Shown: one piece after another, positions 61,442 through 64,000 of the stretch | Numbering within the stretch: the stretch's first letter is position 1 | How the letters are laid out: every line of letters starts with the position of its first letter | DNA from: Emiliania huxleyi CCMP1516 | Taxonomy: Eukaryota | Direction of reading: 5' to 3' | Assembly: GCF_000372725.1 (NCBI RefSeq) | Contig: NW_005202428.1 | Coordinates: 2,079,119-2,143,118, forward strand | Length of the DNA stretch: 64,000 nt | The notes under the pieces: generated by a model | The model's input: the letters and a program-made list of their open reading frames with translations, nothing else | The model's database searches: none | Told to the model about the DNA's origin: nothing | Translations under genes and position numbers: made by a program

Positions 61442-63495
61442 ATGTCGGAGCTTGCTGCCGCAAGCTCCAGCTCCAGCGCGGTCGTGCCAGCGCAAGCGGT
61501 GCCGACCATCAATCGGCCGCTGCCGCCCGTCCCTCCGGAGGCCAGAAGGCTCGTCGAAGGCAAGGAGCCGATCTCCATCTTGCTCTTTTACCAGTACGTC
61601 GAGCCGCCGTGGACCGACAAGGAGTGCTCCTCCGCGCTGAAGCACTTTCTGGCCTTGGGCAAGGAGCACTCGATCTGCGGCCGCGGCCGCTGCGCCAAGG
61701 AGGGCCTCAACTGCACGCTCACCGGCAACGCCGCCGGCCTGCGCGCCTTTTGCGAGGCGCTGCGCGCATGGAAGCCGGAGCTCTTCAACCAGACTGACTT
61801 CAAGTTCACAGACGGCCTGCCCGCGTCGCGCCGCTTCAAGGCGCTCACCGTCCGCAAGACGGACGAGCTCGTCGCGTACGGTCTCGCCGGCGAGCGCGCT
61901 CCGGCGCTCGCCGCGTCATCCGCCAAGCACGTCGAGGCGACCGAGTACCACGAGCTGCTCAAGCAGGTAGCAGTAGCGGTAGCAGTAGTAGCAGCAGTAC
62001 CACGAGCTGCTCAAGCAGGTGGCCAGCGGTAGCAGTAGTAGTAGCAGTAGGGCCACGAGCTCAACACCGCTTGCCTCTCCCGCGAGCGCGCTTCTCCCTC
62101 AACCTCTCTCCCCATGCCCCCCAGCCCGACGCGGTCGTGATCGACGTGCGGAACGCGTACGAGTCGGCGATAGGCCACTTTGCGCCTCCAGAGGGCGGGG
62201 CGACGCTGCTTGACCCAAAGATGCGCAACAGCCGCGAGTTTCCAAAGTGGCTCGCGGACGAGAAGACCAAGGAGGCGCTCTCGGGCAAGAAGGTGCTCAT
62301 GTACTGCACCGGCGGCATCCGGTGCGAGCGCGCCACCGCCCTGCTCGACGAGATGGTCAAGGCGGACCCGACCTTCCGGATCAGCGACATCACGATGGTG
62401 CGCGGCGGCGTAGAGCGGTACATGCGCACCTTCCCCGAGGGCGGCTTCTGGAAGGGCAAGAACTACCTCTTCGACCGGCGGCTCGAACAGGTGCCGGAGG
62501 CAAAGTCGTCCGCGGCGCTGGAGGGCGACGTCGAGTCTTGGTGCGCCGTGTGCGCGGCGCCATGGGCGGCGTACCGCGGGCAGTTCAAGTGCGCGGGGAG
62601 GCTGCCTCCGCCCGCCGGTGTGTGCGCAGTGCCGGTCATCGTGAGCAGCCCTAGATACGGAGCACGGTTCTTTGTATTCCCCCGCACTCGAGAGGACACG
62701 GCCTCGACTGCACTCAGCTGTACTCGGATGGAGTCAGCTGTGATCGACTTGTTCACTGTATTCGAGTGCCCTCTCTCTGTATGTTCGCCCCGACTCTGGT
62801 GGATTCATGTCGCAGGTGTGCAACCGCTGCAGCGACGCCGCCACCGCCGACCCGGCCAGCCTGCGCTGCCCGCTCTGCCAGGAAGGCTACGTCGCCCCCC
62901 AGGCGATGCCAGAGGTTGTGATGGCCGACAAGCGCGCGCCCGACCAGCGCCTCGGCGGCGGGTCGGACGCCACGGGCGCCGCCGGCGGAGGGCGCGCGCA
63001 GACGAAGCTAGCAGCCTTGCCAAAAGGGATGCCACGACATGTCGATGTCCCCGACGACACCCAATAGGCGCGCCAAGAAGCAGAGACCGCTCGCCGAGCC
63101 GTCCTCGCGCGTCTTCGTCGGATCGCTGCCGTTCGTCGTCGACGCGACCGCCGTCCGCGACGCGCTCGCCGCGGCGGCCGGCGCCGCGGCGGGCAGCTGT
63201 GCCGAGGTGGAGTGGTTGCGCGACCGGGAGAGCGGACTCTTCTACGGCTCCGCCTTTGTGCAGATGGGTTCGGTCGAGGCGGCGACGACAGCCGTTGGTC
63301 GATCCCGAGACTGCCGAGGCGAGCCGCGAGATCACCCGAGAGGTCACCCTCGATCGGCCGAGATTAGGCGCCGCGCGCGAGGGGCGCCTCCGGATCGGCA
63401 AGCGGAAGCTGCGCCTCAATTTTGCGCCGCTCAAGCCGGGGGAGGAGTGGCCCGCCGTCGGGTTCGTGCAGCGCGAGCGGCCGCTCTCCGGCTAG
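61442..63495 (+). CDS. TSTD2: TrhO/YceA/TSTD2-like rhodanese protein with C-terminal RRM (multi-exon)
   Basis: LLFYQYV, EGLNCT, IDVRNAYESAIGHF, MYCTGGIRCE, GG.ERY, WKGKNYLFD.R, Cys-rich tail; then RVFVGSL...FYGSAFVQM...LRLNFA. Confidence 0.88.
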
Positions 63496-64000
63496 CTCTA
63501 TCGGCTGAGGCGCTACCCCCGCCCCAGACACCCCCCCTTCCCTCTCCCGCGCCCCTGGCCCGCACCCGGTTCGAACCCCGTTGAGATGACGACACCCGGC
63601 CCCGCGGGTTTGCCCCCGCTGCCGATGGCACCGGCGCGCGTCGACGGAGTCAAATGCGGCGCGTGCCGGCGGATTGCATTGCCTGCGAGGAAAGGGCCCC
63701 TTGACTGATCCATGTGTTCGACCACGCGCGCGAGGGAGATATTGCGAGAGAGCCGGTGTCGCCGCTCATACCAACCCCGTTCGCCCCGTCAGGCGCATGG
63801 CCGCTGCATCTCGGCGGGACCTTCCTAGAAGTCCCCTCCTCGCCATCGATACGCGACTGGAGACTTCTCGAGCCCCTTTAGTGAACATTAGGGAGCGTAC
63901 TCGCTACGGCTCTAAGTTTGTGGGTGCCGATCTCGGTAAAATAAAATATCTTTACTTCCAACACCCGGACGTTCCCAGGGTGATATGGAACTTGGAAGGT

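Noticed and set aside
9319..63495. Functional cluster of RNA-modification genes (tRNA, NSUN2, JmjC, TRF4-like, TrhO-like)
   Set aside because: Spread over 54 kb among unrelated genes; no evidence beyond chance without synteny data.
63958..63983. Resemblance of the minus strand to a 5S rRNA 3' end (CCTGGGAACGTCCGGGTGTTG)
   Set aside because: Adjacent sequence lacks the box C region; the match is about 20 nt at the window edge.

Overview
GC-rich eukaryotic scaffold with six N-gaps. Many GC-AG introns, Ser-Pro4 arrays and intronic GCCGAGAT repeats suggest a haptophyte such as Emiliania/Gephyrocapsa huxleyi (inference). Supported genes: initiator tRNA-Met, NSUN2/Trm4-type RNA m5C methyltransferase, tandem-C2 protein, JmjC oxygenase, FGGY kinase, SKIP8-like F-box/SnoaL gene (frameshifted), WW-ShK-prolyl 4-hydroxylase, PHD/PLU-1 chromatin protein, MEE44/TRF4-like nucleotidyltransferase and a TrhO/TSTD2-like rhodanese fused to an RRM. 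Accessory DNA holds five complete TIR+TSD non-autonomous transposons, non-LTR retrotransposon fragments, a GH7-like pseudogene between direct repeats, several duplications and intronless orphan ORFs. The strongest signal is in the introns: many begin with a 6-10 nt copy of the next exon's start, and introns in three unrelated genes share internal sequence, suggesting an Introner-like intron-generating element whose target duplication supplies the GC/GT donor. All calls are by eye and exon boundaries are approximate.
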